From contig MU058844.1 of assembly GCA_013265495.1 (NCBI GenBank), forward strand, positions 2,583,520-2,647,519: DNA of 64,000 bases. Direction: 5' to 3'. The DNA is from Vicugna vicugna. Lineage: Eukaryota. The stretch's first letter is position 1, and every line of letters starts with the position of its first letter. A program made the translations under genes and the position numbers. The notes below the pieces were generated by a model. That model was not told the DNA's origin and did no database searches. It was given only the letters and a program-made list of their open reading frames with translations. Of this stretch, positions 1 to 10,866 are shown piece by piece.

Positions 1-599
1 AATCTTCATTTATTCATTCTTCACCTTTCTCAAATATTTACTGCAAGGTATTGTGTTAATTTTATAATAAAACATCCTCTAAGATTCACATGGATTTTTG
101 TTGCAGGTCTAACAAATTTGAGATTATTACAATCATGTCACTTCAGAGGCATTTTTTACTTAAAACTGCCACTTCCACAAATGATGATAAATGCATCAAC
201 AAAAAAAATCTCATCAGCAATTTAAACATAGGTTTTTCTGACACAGACAAACTGAGGCACACTCTAGTTCTCAGAAGCAGAGTCAGGTTTCTTTTCCACT
301 AATGGAGCAAAAATGAAATTCAGTATGGATCTATTTACATTAACTTTAGAACTGTAAAGCTCGGGCTGTAAAATTTAAATAATTTGTTTTTAAAATGATA
401 TTTGTTTCAGAAACTGACAGCCCCTCACTTAAAATACTCTGAATCACTAACTTCTGTAGTACTTTTGTATGGTATTGTTTGTGATAAAATTTTTCCTAAA
501 CCAAATAACTATCATGCATATCATGCCAAGAAATGACATGTAAATTTTTTGGTCAACTAATTCTTTCATCTTTTAATAAGCAAATATTTGTTTTATCAA

Positions 600-845
600 T
601 AGTCAACAAATTGATCTCTAATGCAAGATATGCAAACCAGAAATGGTGTAAAAGATAATCCACTGAGTGCAGGAGAAAAAAATTAGATCTTCTTCTAATA
701 TTTACTTTATCATTTCTTTTTCAATATAAAATTTGAGTATCTATTAGTATAGTGATACAAGGAAATAATTCTTAAATAGTAGACACATATGGGAGTATAT
801 TTATCATTTTTTCCTAGGGAGATACAGTAAAAAAAGTTTGGACAT
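600..845. mobile_element. Degenerate hAT-Charlie-type non-autonomous DNA transposon (subfamily uncertain)
   Basis: '...aagataatccactgagtgcaggagaaaaaaattagatcttcttctaatatttac...aaaaaagtttggac' resembles old Charlie-family MITE consensus from memory; boundaries approximate. Confidence 0.4.
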
Positions 846-864
846 ATAAAATACATTTATTTAT

Positions 865-1025
865 TATGCTTTTTTTTATTATCTGTGTCCCTCTACTACT
901 ATGTAATCTCTATGAGAGATGCAATTTCTTTTTATTGTTTTGTTACTGAGATATCCTATGCACAAAAAAGCTATGCTTAGCACATAACAGGCACACAATA
1001 AGGTATATGTTTAGTTAAAAAGATG
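865..1025 (+). mobile_element. L2 LINE 3' end fragment
   Basis: 'tgtgtccctctactactatgtaatctctatgagag...cttagcacataacaggcacacaataag' follows the L2 3' terminus pattern (CTAGAATGTAAGCTCCATGAGGG...GGCACATAGTAGGCGCTCAATAAA). Confidence 0.7.
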
Positions 1026-1389
1026 GGTAAACATTTATAATCAGGTCTTACTATATTTCTTGAGAGAAGTAATCTGAGGAAGACAATTCCATTCCATGGA
1101 AAGTGGATACGCAGGTACATTGTGAGGGAAGCAAAGAACAACAAAAGCAAGATATCAGATACCCTGAGCTTTTACACTGGTATTGGTAAGCCTGCTAAGA
1201 AAGACTCTAATAGAAGGCAGAGCCCAACAGATAGTATAGTGAAATGAAAGTCATTTGGGGTAGTTGAAGATGATGTTAATAATAGTATGGCTATCATTTA
1301 TTACTTTGGGTTGGTCAATGAAAAGGAGTATTTTTATGGATGTTATGTTCTTAATCCCCAGAAACTAGATATATTATTGACATATAATA

Positions 1390-1595
1390 GATGTTTAATA
1401 AGCATTTATAAGACATAAATTTTCTCTTTAATTTACACAACAACCTTATGAAGGAGGGGATATTTTTAAATGGTTTTCAGATAACAACATCTAAGGCTAG
1501 CAAGGTTAAGACATTGGCCCCAGATCACACAGAAAATAAATAGAAGAGCCCAGAGTTATATCAAAATCTGAGAAGAGAAACTAAACTCTTAACCA
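1390..1595 (-). mobile_element. MIR SINE
   Basis: 'tttaatttacacaacaaccttatgaagg...ttttcagataac...aaggttaagacattggccccagatcacacag' is the reverse complement of the MIR core. Confidence 0.7.
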
Positions 1596-3299
1596 ATGTG
1601 GTTCTCTGTTTCTAATGGAAAAAAATACATAGATGTACAGAGATGAGTAATGTGTGTGCAGTATTCCATAGAAAGACTAATAATAGGTTGGATGTGAAGA
1701 CTTGATAAATCAGTTATTCATATAGAATCTTATAAATAAATCTCATTTTTACCAGTCTGACGGGTGAGGTGTGCAGTTTTGAGTGAGGTATATGGTGGTA
1801 GGAAAAGTAGGTAGATGATTTACAAATATAATTAGTGCCCAACAGATGACTGGGAGTTGAACTACAGAGAGACTAGAATTAACTGTTAAGAGTCTAGTTT
1901 AAGTGTGGCAGAGGACACAAGACGGAGCTCCTGGGGAAGTGACTGTGTATCTGCAATGAGGAGCTCTTACTTTGTTTCTATCCACAGAGTGGGTCGCCAC
2001 ACCTGGGAAAATCAAGACTTAGTCCATTGTTCAAATGATGAGGGAAGGGGTAATGACATCATAAAGAAGGAAGGCCATGTAAAAGCTAAAGGTGGAAGAA
2101 AACAGTGCTCTTGCCACTTAATATGGACAGAATCTGAGTACTGAATGTTGTGGCCTAGCCCCTGCCTCTAGTTAAGTGCGAAGAAAGAATTCCAGTGCTA
2201 AACTTGTCTGCAATAAAACTAAAATTTTCTCTAGAGAGTCATCAAGAGTGTCTTACCTGGCTCCTTCAGAAAGCAGAGTTGAATATTAAGTTGATACCAG
2301 TATATTTGAGAGTTACCAGCCCAGCATGGTGAAGGTAAGAAAGAAGAAATCAAGGAGTATGCAAAAACCATGCAACATCATGTGTCATTGTTCCAGTCAA
2401 TGCTTCATGATAGGCCAGGAAAAGATGGAAAGGATCTCTCATCAGGCTTGTTTGTTCAGCCCATGAGTCTTCTCCAGAAGGGCTGCAGGGAAAAACTGCC
2501 ATTCAGACTACCACCAAATAAACTAAGGGAGAGAAATGCATCTGCTCAATTTCCTTTTATCTTTCACTTCTCATTGGTCAAGTTACAGCTCCTAAACAAG
2601 GGGGCTGCATCTCCAGCCCATCTGTGGCTAGCTAAGAAACCAGAAACTATAACACGCTTTAAAGTGTTCCATCCAAGATCAAGAAAAGAGTGATGGCCTA
2701 TGAGTTATGTGCAAAAGACAGAGAAATTGAAAAACTCAGAGTGTTTGAGGAGGCATATAAAGTTTATGTCTGAATGCAAAGGAAAGTAGGTTAAAAGAAT
2801 ACATTGCTCCACAATGCCTCTTTATTCTCACTCCATATAGTGCTAGGACGAAAAGAAGGAAGACCTCAGAAAAATAACCTACTTTATGCGAAATGGACAT
2901 GTTTGGAAGAGAAGAAAATTAAGAGTCCAGTCCAGTCCAAGAAAGGGCATAGCAAATCCAAGTGAGACCTAGGTCAGTATCTATATCCTAAAAGTTAGAC
3001 TCCAGGGGAACTGATGGATAATTTTGAGAAACTCAAGAAAAAGTCACTGAGTGCTGTGATAGAAAGTGGAATATATGACAAAACAGAATTTTAGAAAGAA
3101 GGTTAAAAAACAGGTTCTGACCCTAGGAAATGGGCTTGCTGAGTGGTGAATGGGAACCCATGAAACCATAGCTATAAACGGAAGACAGCCAAGAATATGG
3201 CATAACTTCACAATGATATTTTTAATTTTAATAATAATTATGATAATATTAACTGATATGTATTCCATACGTATTTGCCAAGCTTTATAAAATCTTTAT

Positions 3300-3470
3300 C
3301 TTTCTATTAACTCATTTTATTCTCTCCTTGGTATTTATGAAGTAGGTACAATAATTATTTCATTTTACAAATTAAAAAAAACTGAGACATAGGCAATTAA
3401 ACTGCCCAGGTTACACAGCTAAAGTGAGAAACAAAGCCAGGATTGGAACCCAGGAAGACAGGCTCCAGAG
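3300..3470 (-). mobile_element. MIR SINE
   Basis: 'cattttacaaattaaaaaaaactgagacatagg...ctgcccaggttacacagctaaagtgag...ggattggaacccagg' is the MIR core, antisense. Confidence 0.8.
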
Positions 3471-4211
3471 TGTGAAAAGAGGAGAGGTGCTGGCTGCCAC
3501 CAGCATCGTGGAAAGACTTAATAACCCTAACTTCATGTTTTCCAAGGGGGATACTCTGTGTTATTTCCCCATTCCTCAGAAAGCCAAGAGAAACAGCCTT
3601 GGATCATACTGTGTGCAGAATTGAGATGAGTCTAGGATTAGGAAATATGTCTCTCCAACTAATTTAACATAAACCCAATACACAAATTCCCCAACTGACC
3701 AAAGTAGTAAAATAGAAGGCCAATTTATTTTAATGACCATGAATTCTCAGGAGAATTTTCACACTGAAGTACACCATGTTATTAGTTCAAATCACCTATT
3801 GACAAACATCCAGTACTCCTCACAATCACAAATATTTATAACCAAAAGAGAAGAAAATGAACAAAGAGAGAAAATCTCTTCATGGCTTAGAAATTCTAAT
3901 TACTCAGGCAAGTTGAAGTAATTAACAACCGAGAGAAATGTGAAAAGTACAGCTATGCTAAGTAAATACTTCAACATCACAGGGATAGAGCTACCATTTT
4001 AATTCCTTTCTTCTCAAATGTTTCACTATTTCTAGGTTTTTGCCATGAGATTCTACCTTCTCTTTTACAATGAAGACGTGATTGGAACTTGTGCTACATT
4101 TTATATGAGAAACTATTGTAACTTTGCTGGAATGTCTCCATCCAGAATGTCCAGGGATCTTTATAGAAGCAAACTGTCTATCAAGTAAAAGTAAATGCAT
4201 TTGTATGATAA

Positions 4212-4555
4212 TGTTAAAAAGAAATAACAGCCCAAATTGGAGTCACTTGTTCTAAGCCCACATCATCAAATTGCAGTTTCAGCCCCTTCCAGTAATATAA
4301 CCATCTAACCAGTCAATCTAGAATTATTTGTTCAGCCCTAATGAGGTAATCTGCTTAATAGACACCTTCTATCCCCCAAACGAAGACATACACTCTTCCT
4401 TGTCTCACCCTCTTCCTGCCTATAAAGGCCTTCATTTTGTACAGCTCTTTGCAGTTCCTTTCTGTTTACTAGATAGGATGCTGCTTGATTCATAAATCAT
4501 TGAAAAAAGCCAATTTGATCTTTAAACTTACTCAGTAGAATTTTGTTCTTTAACA
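4212..4555 (+). repeat. 5' LTR of provirus (344 bp)
   Basis: TG...CA termini (tgttaaaaa...ttctttaaca). TATAAA at 4421-4426. Poly(A)-signal position reads AAAAAA (4503-4508). Aligns by eye with 9480-9663. Confidence 0.92.
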
Positions 4556-5154
4556 GAATTGGTGACTGCAGAGATATGAAGTGAACTTCTGATGGCACTT
4601 GGGGACAAGAAACACAGGCAAACCCTTTGAGTTTACTGGTTTTCTCACCATTTCCTGGGATGGTGAACAAGTTCCTCTCTGTTCTCAGCTCTGCTGTCTT
4701 GGTGCTAAGCTCCTGATCTAACTGGCTTTTTACCCCACAAATTCCAACTGATTGGAAATCCAAATCCTTGATTCTGTCCTAAGACCCATGTGGAAACTGC
4801 TAGTGACATTCACTTTACTTATTTACGTGAAGCCCTCAGTCCACAGTCTCTGTTGGTTGAAGTCTGATACTTCAGCCCTTTCCTCAGTCCCTAAGTTCTA
4901 CATTGTGAACTGCTGGAGGTGTGCACAGGGCCTTCTATTGGCCAGTCTGCTTTAACATCCAAATCCTAGCCCTTGGTTCTGTCCCCAGATTCCACAGTTG
5001 TAACTGCTGGCAGAAGTTGCAGCTCCCCATTTGTATGGAATCAGTCTGCAGTCCCCATTCAGTGGAGTCTGCTGGTTCAGTCCTTTCTCTAGTCCCTTGT
5101 CCATTGGTTACTGGTTGTATGTGAATGTGCATATGAGGTAAAAAGCAATTGCTA

Positions 5155-5407
5155 ATGGGGACCTCAAAGCCAAAAATCTCCAAAAATTGGTGGGCAGATG
5201 GAGCATTTAAAAGCTGTTAGAGCACTCACCACTGAGGCCAAAGAATCTCGAGTTAGGATAAGTTGGTAAGATTGACACCAGGTCATCTGCCAACCTCAAG
5301 TAAATTTCTGTGCAGTAAATTATACCGTAAACCACCACACAATCTCCAAGCCAGCACCATATTCCTTTTAAGTATTAGTTTGGCTCTGAGAGACCCTAAA
5401 TCAGAAA

Positions 5408-5450
<43 letters not shown>

Positions 5451-5760
5451 ATTAAGATATGATCCTTAAAACCCAAAGAGTTAACTGCTCCACCTTCCAG
5501 CACACCTACTTAGTTTATGGTTAAGAATCAAAGTTCTTGAAGCTGTGGATATCCATAAAAATGGCAAAATTCCTTGAACTGCAACGACCATTATGGGGAA
5601 TGCCCCAATTAGACAAGATTGTTGATTTAAGAGTGTACTTGAAAGTAAGGGCTTCTGAATTAAACAAATAGAAGGGAAAACCTATTTTGATTGGTATATA
5701 GAAGCTTCCAAGAGGCTTCAAGATTCCAAAATAGCTTTTTCAAAAGTTTGATAGCAAAGG
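5155..5760 (+). pseudogene. gag N-terminal/matrix remnant (frameshifted)
   Basis: ATG-GGG start 'MGTSKPKISKN' (myristoylation-type MG) at ~5155. 5575-5715 reads across frameshifts like a gamma-type MA segment (LELQRPLWG..QLDKIV.L...IKQIEGKTYFDWYIEASKR). Confidence 0.5.
5405..5446 (+). repeat. (AAAT)n microsatellite inside provirus
   Basis: About 10 perfect AAAT units. Confidence 0.95.
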
Positions 5761-8112
5761 CTAATAAAAAATCAAAGACACCAAAGGTATCGAAAACAAT
5801 ATTTAGGCCTCCTCCATTACACCATCTGAAGAGTTCATCATCACAATACTGGCCAAGAGATTAGTATCTCAGTTGTAATCAACTGGGACAGATTGGGACA
5901 CAAGAAAAGATTATACTTAAAGTCTTCAACGTCAACTTGAATGCCCCCATACCTTTGAAGCAGGGCCCCCATCTGGACCCCTCCCAGAGTTGATGAGACA
6001 CTGAGAGATTTTCAGGTAAACTGCTATTCCCTTAAACAGCTGAGGAAAACTGAAATTAAAACTAACGGAAAAACTGCCAAATCCTGGTAGATACTGGAGC
6101 TACATTCCCTATTTGAAACCTCACTGGGAACCTGCAGATAGGATCCTGGGAAAACTGACAGACGCCAGCAAAGGTTAAGAAATATTACCAGAGTCACCTC
6201 TCCCAGATCTCCGTCTGTAGTATCGGATAAAGAAGGAAAAAGTAAAACATCTCTTGACACCTCTTTGAGGATGCTGCTTAAGTCCAAAATATTTACTGAT
6301 TGTCCTGGCTGAAAACTGACAAGATATTTTAAAAGATTTTTAGGTAGCTTTACGGTCAGAAATTGGCCAGAAGCTGGAAGCTCATATTAGAGCATGACTG
6401 GAAATTCTTTAGACTTTCTCCCCTAAGTTAAAATAAAACTATCTATCCAGAGGAAAAGAAAAAGGTTCTAAAGTTCTTGTAAAATAATTTATGGGTGGAT
6501 CAACCTGTGATGTCATTTAGGCTTCAACTCAATTCTTTGAGAAACTGAGACCAACTGTATTTACAAATCTTTGCAAAACTAGAAATGCAGCTCTAGAGGT
6601 AGTTCAAAGTTCACCTATTTTTTTTTTTAAACCAATCCCAAGACCTCCTCTGTTTATCTTAACAGGCTTGTAACTTGCATTTTTCACCCTGTGCCTTTGA
6701 GAAGTAAATGTTAAAGTACAAACTTCAGGGAGGCAATTTTTATCAGAAGAAAAAAAAGGGGGGGGAGGTCATTTGAAACTTAGCGTTAGCCATTTGAGCA
6801 GGTAGTCTTAAATTATTTCATCTATCAGAAAAACAACTTAGATCCAATTTCTTTCATAAATAGGAAAACAGAAGCCATAAGTTTTCTGTTTACATCAGTC
6901 TGTATATTTTTATGTGTGTGTTTGTGGCATTTTTACCTCTGGATGATATCAAATTAATTTGTAAAAGAGTTCTATTTAATTGGCTTAAAGAAAATTAAGT
7001 GCTTATATAAAATACATTCTCAAAAATATAAAAGGAACTAACCCAAAGAATTTCAGTTTCATAGCATCTGGGAAAACATTTGGTGTAAAATCTAATTTAA
7101 AGCTCTTGGTTTAATTAAAACAGGAGTGCCTTTAGAGTTACAAGCATTAAATACAAAACTTTTATTCTACATGGGTTACCAGTCAAATAAGTTCATGTTA
7201 TCTCTTATGAAAATTGTCAACAAGAAAAATAAGATAACGGACTTTATTGCCTAATGAAGGGTTTGTGAGTAAACAGAATTGTTAAGAACAAGTAAATTAA
7301 ATAGATTTAATTATGATAAAAAGTTTTTAGGTGAACTATATAGTTTCCCCAAAACTTTTTGGTAACTAAATAGTTCACCTAAAAACTTTTTAATAACTCA
7401 AAACGTTAAAAGTCTGCTAAGTTAAATTAACTGATGGATAGTCATTAAATATATAGATCACTTCCAAATAAGACAAAACACTAAAACATTAATTATGGAA
7501 CATGGGTTTACTCACTTTGAGCTTCCTTTTTACAGAAAAGCTCAAATATATTTGGATCTATTAGTAAACATGTTTTGTGCCACACTAACAAATTTACTAT
7601 GAGAAAGCATATGTTTCTAGAAATTATAAAGTGCATTTATAAATTTAGCAAGCTGCAGAATATTAGTGTAAAAACAGTTCTCAGTTGTTCACCTCTTTAT
7701 TTTCACTAAAAATTAAAGTTTTTAAGGATTAAAAATTCTAATATATGTAATTAAAACTACATTTGAGGAATGGAGATACATTTTTTGTTGAGAAAAAAGA
7801 AAATAATTTTGTCCTAAAGTGAAACTAGTTGTTTCAGAATAGGAAATAGAATAAAGAACAAGTTAAATAGACAGTTGGGAATAGAGAAAGAGAGAGAGAA
7901 TTTTATCATGTGTAATCAAGATGTCGAAAATTGGATGAGTTTACTATAAGATGTTGTCTTTGAGGTTGTGTTATATACTTGTAAACTGGACTGAATCCTA
8001 AGTCCTTTTCGTTTTCTTAAATAGCTGGCTACAACTCTCCAAACTAACATTTCTAATTTTCTGCCACATTTCTGATTTGGAACCACTAGTAACAAAGATC
8101 TCCCCTGGATCT

Positions 8113-8240
8113 CCTTGGAAGGGACTGTATCAGGTCCTCCTCACTATCTAGGTGGTGGGCAAACTTCAGGGACTTGAACTTTGGAAACATATACCACAGC
8201 TAAAACAGGTTCCACCTGACATCTGGTCCTGTCAGTCTCC
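8113..8240 (+). pseudogene. pol integrase C-terminal (GPY/F) remnant
   Basis: Frame from 8113 reads PWKGLYQVLLTI*VVGKLQGLELWKHIPQLKQVPPDIWSC, matching the gammaretroviral IN C-terminal pattern WKGPYxVLLTTPTA.KL.G...WIH.S.LK; one in-frame stop. Confidence 0.85.
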
Positions 8241-8339
8241 TATGCAAACTTTCCAATCAAACTGACAAGGAGGAGGAGAAGTAGCTGACAGTGATATAGA
8301 CTGATCCCATTCAAGACATCAGATCAAGACTTCATACTT

Positions 8340-9297
8340 TAAACAGGAAACTCTCTCTCTTTCCTTTACTCTGGCATTGGTCAGGAAAGGTTATGCCATC
8401 ATTGATATCTCCTGGCGCATTGCTAACGGGGATAAACTTTCAGACTGCTGGATCTATTCATAATGCTAGAATCCATCAACAGTGCCACCTTAGTGGGAGC
8501 AGCTTGTGCCCCAACAGGATTTACCATCGCTTAGGGTGGTTCGCATTCTCAGTGAGCCTAGGAATGTCTAAATGGCTAGTGGACAACTGGGCAATACCTC
8601 TTAGATTATCTAACTGTGCTCTTAATTATTCATTAAAAAAAAAACTAAGAGATGTTGTTAGTAGACTCCTCTGAATTTATATCAATGAGCTAAAAAAAGA
8701 CCTACCAGGATGGGTTCATGATTGAGGAATTGCTTCCTTGGACAGAATCTTACTTCCCTGGCTGTGAATAAGTGAAAATGAGGCTATGATCAGTATTCTC
8801 TCCTTAACTCTTGAAGATACTGCAGAATATACTGCCAAAGCAATACTTCCCAGAAAAAATCCTTAGATTCGCTGGCCAAAATTTTTCTTGATAATAGGAT
8901 AGCCCTTGATTATCTTTTAGCTGAGTAAAGAGGTGGTTGTGCTGTAGCCAATACTACCTGCTGTACCTGGATTAACAATTCTGGGGAAGTTGAAACTCAG
9001 TTGCATAATATCACTGAGCAAGTCACTTTGCTTAAGAAGGTGACTCAATCAACAGGGTTTTTCTTTGACTTTTTTGATTTTGACTGATTTGGATTTGGGG
9101 GACCATGGCTCTGAAGTGCACTCCAGTCAACTGAAATTATCCTCCTTATAATAACCATAGTAGTCTCCTTGGTGCACTGTTTTCTCTCAAAAGCTTTAAA
9201 TACATGTTCACAGCTGATAACCAGCAAGCAAACGATCTCCTTAAGACTGGAATATCAAAAAAGGAGTGAAGGGAATGACCAAGTTAAAAAAATGTGA
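8340..9297 (+). pseudogene. env pseudogene (gamma-type): SU largely deleted, TM readable
   Basis: SU N-terminus IDISWRIANGDKLSDCWIY (CWIC motif mutated, 8446-8457). From 8860: SLDSLAKIFLDNRIALDYLLAE*RGGCAVANTTCCTWINNSGEVETQLHNITEQVTLLKKV (ISD plus CX6CC). Then hydrophobic anchor IILLIITIVVSLVHCFL and a tail ending at TGA 9295-9297. Stops at 8926, 9085 and 9112. Confidence 0.92.
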
Positions 9298-9467
9298 ACC
9301 TGATGTTGCTACCTGTGAATATTACAGATACTCAGCAAAAATAGTATCATGACCTATGAATGTCACACAGATCAGTAAAAGCTGTTAAGAACTGCAGAAT
9401 GGTAGCTGAGAGTGGTGTTTTGCCTTAAATTTTGATCACAGATGTCACTTAAGCTGAGAGTCTGATC

Positions 9468-9478
9468 AAAAGGGGAAA
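9468..9478 (+). other. Polypurine tract (PPT)
   Basis: AAAAGGGGAAA immediately upstream of the 3' LTR start at 9480. Confidence 0.85.
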
Positions 9479-9479
9479 T

Positions 9480-9663
9480 TGTTAAAAAGAAGTAACAGAC
9501 CCAAAATGGAGTTACTTGTGCTAAGCCCACATTACAAAACTGAGGCTTAGTGTCTAACCTAAAAGTAGTTTCTGCCCCTCTTAGGATTGTAACTTGACTC
9601 ATGAATTGTTGAATAAAGCCAATTTAATCTTTAAATCTTACTCAGTTGAATTTTGTTTTTTAA
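9480..9663 (+). repeat. 3' LTR of provirus (184 bp, central deletion)
   Basis: Matches both ends of the 5' LTR but lacks the equivalent of ~4301-4483. AATAAA intact at 9612-9617. Confidence 0.9.
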
Positions 9664-10866
9664 ATAATATTTAGTATTTTCTCTCTTCAAGATACATGTT
9701 GAGAGCTGCTATTTTAAATATTTATTGAATAAACTTAAAATAAGATAAGAATATGCTTTAAGGGACCTTATTTTGATAGCAATTAAATATAAATTAGCTT
9801 TTTCACTTTCACATTAGTATTAGGAGGCTGCCTGAAATTTAAATTTCATCAAGGGTTGATGTGAATATTTAAACTTCAAAGCATTAATAATCACTTGTAA
9901 AAATCTTTATGTGCATTTTTTCTTTTATACTTTGAATGGAAAGAATATTTCTCTTTTGAAGAAAATGCTTTAAGAGAAAATATGAATGTCCATTTCATGT
10001 TGAAAATAAAACCAATGAAGAAATCCATAGTTACCATGGATCTAAGTTTATCTGAAGAAAAAGCAAAAATGGATGGGAGAAATTCAATGTATACCATGTG
10101 TTTCTGACAAAATGACAAAATGACAACAGAGAGATTTGCCTTCTTTTAAGAAAAATAACTTTTAGCCCCAATTTTGAGATACCCACAGAGCTTTCACCAA
10201 CCATTAGTGTTTATCTAAATGTCTTTTAGAATGACTTGCCTATCTGGAGTTGCAAATGAGCAAAGTATTTGAAATATAGTACCTTTTTCTTAAAGGAAAT
10301 AGCATGCTAATGACTAGCTGATAATTGAGGTAAAGTTTCTACTACATTTTTTTAAGAAATATCCACGGCACTGTGTATAGCTGGCTCAAATTGGTAGCAT
10401 GCTTCTTTCTCTGCCAACAGCTTTGCAAATGTTTCTCTTACTTCTTTCACTCATCTTCCCTTTTCTCTTTATTTTTCTTCCCACAAGTTTTCCCCATGTG
10501 TTTTTTCTTTTTTATTTCTCTAGCTTCTTGGGACAATGAAATTCCTAATGCCCAACTGCTCTGGTGTCTTTTGTGATTAAACCATATAAGAAATATTAAC
10601 TATTTTTCATCTAATATATTCCATTAAATTAAGGAGATGAGTAAGCATTTCCATTAATGAATCAAGTAGAACATTCAAGAAAAATGCGAATTTATGATTT
10701 ATTGCTCCATTTCCTAGCTATGACTTTTGTCCAAGGAAGCTTTTGTGAGCCAATTTTTTACCCCCTAACAAAGTAAAATGTGAAGCTCAAAATCATCGGA
10801 GTGCTTTTTCTTTTAATCTTTAAGAAAATACTCAATTTTGACATCTACTTTGCTGACCCTAATCTT

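Larger units (their letters stand above)
4212..9663 (+). mobile_element. Endogenous retrovirus provirus, class I (ERV1, MER4-group-like), internally deleted and non-autonomous
   Basis: Paired LTRs both begin TGTTAAAAAGAA and end TTTTGTT(C/T)TTTAA. PPT directly precedes the 3' LTR. gag, integrase and env remnants lie in retroviral order. Candidate 4-bp TSD ATAA (4208-4211 / 9664-9667, if the 3' terminal CA was lost). No protease, RT or RNase H seen. Confidence 0.93.

Noticed and set aside
2250..2750. Possible ancient ERVL/MaLR LTR
   Set aside because: LTR-like composition only; no termini, TSD or confident family match.
4556..4580. Assignment of a specific tRNA to the primer-binding site
   Set aside because: A TGG follows the LTR (4560, 'tggtgactgcagag'), but the sequence is too decayed to match a tRNA 3' end by eye.
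4750..5015. CRISPR-like repeat-spacer array
   Set aside because: Mammalian DNA; the units are long, degenerate and part of an ERV leader, and there are no cas genes.
8393..8674. 93-aa ORF in the env region as an intact env product
   Set aside because: It starts in a different frame from the SU motif (IDISWRIANGDKLSDCWIY) and lacks env hallmarks; the true env frame has multiple stops.
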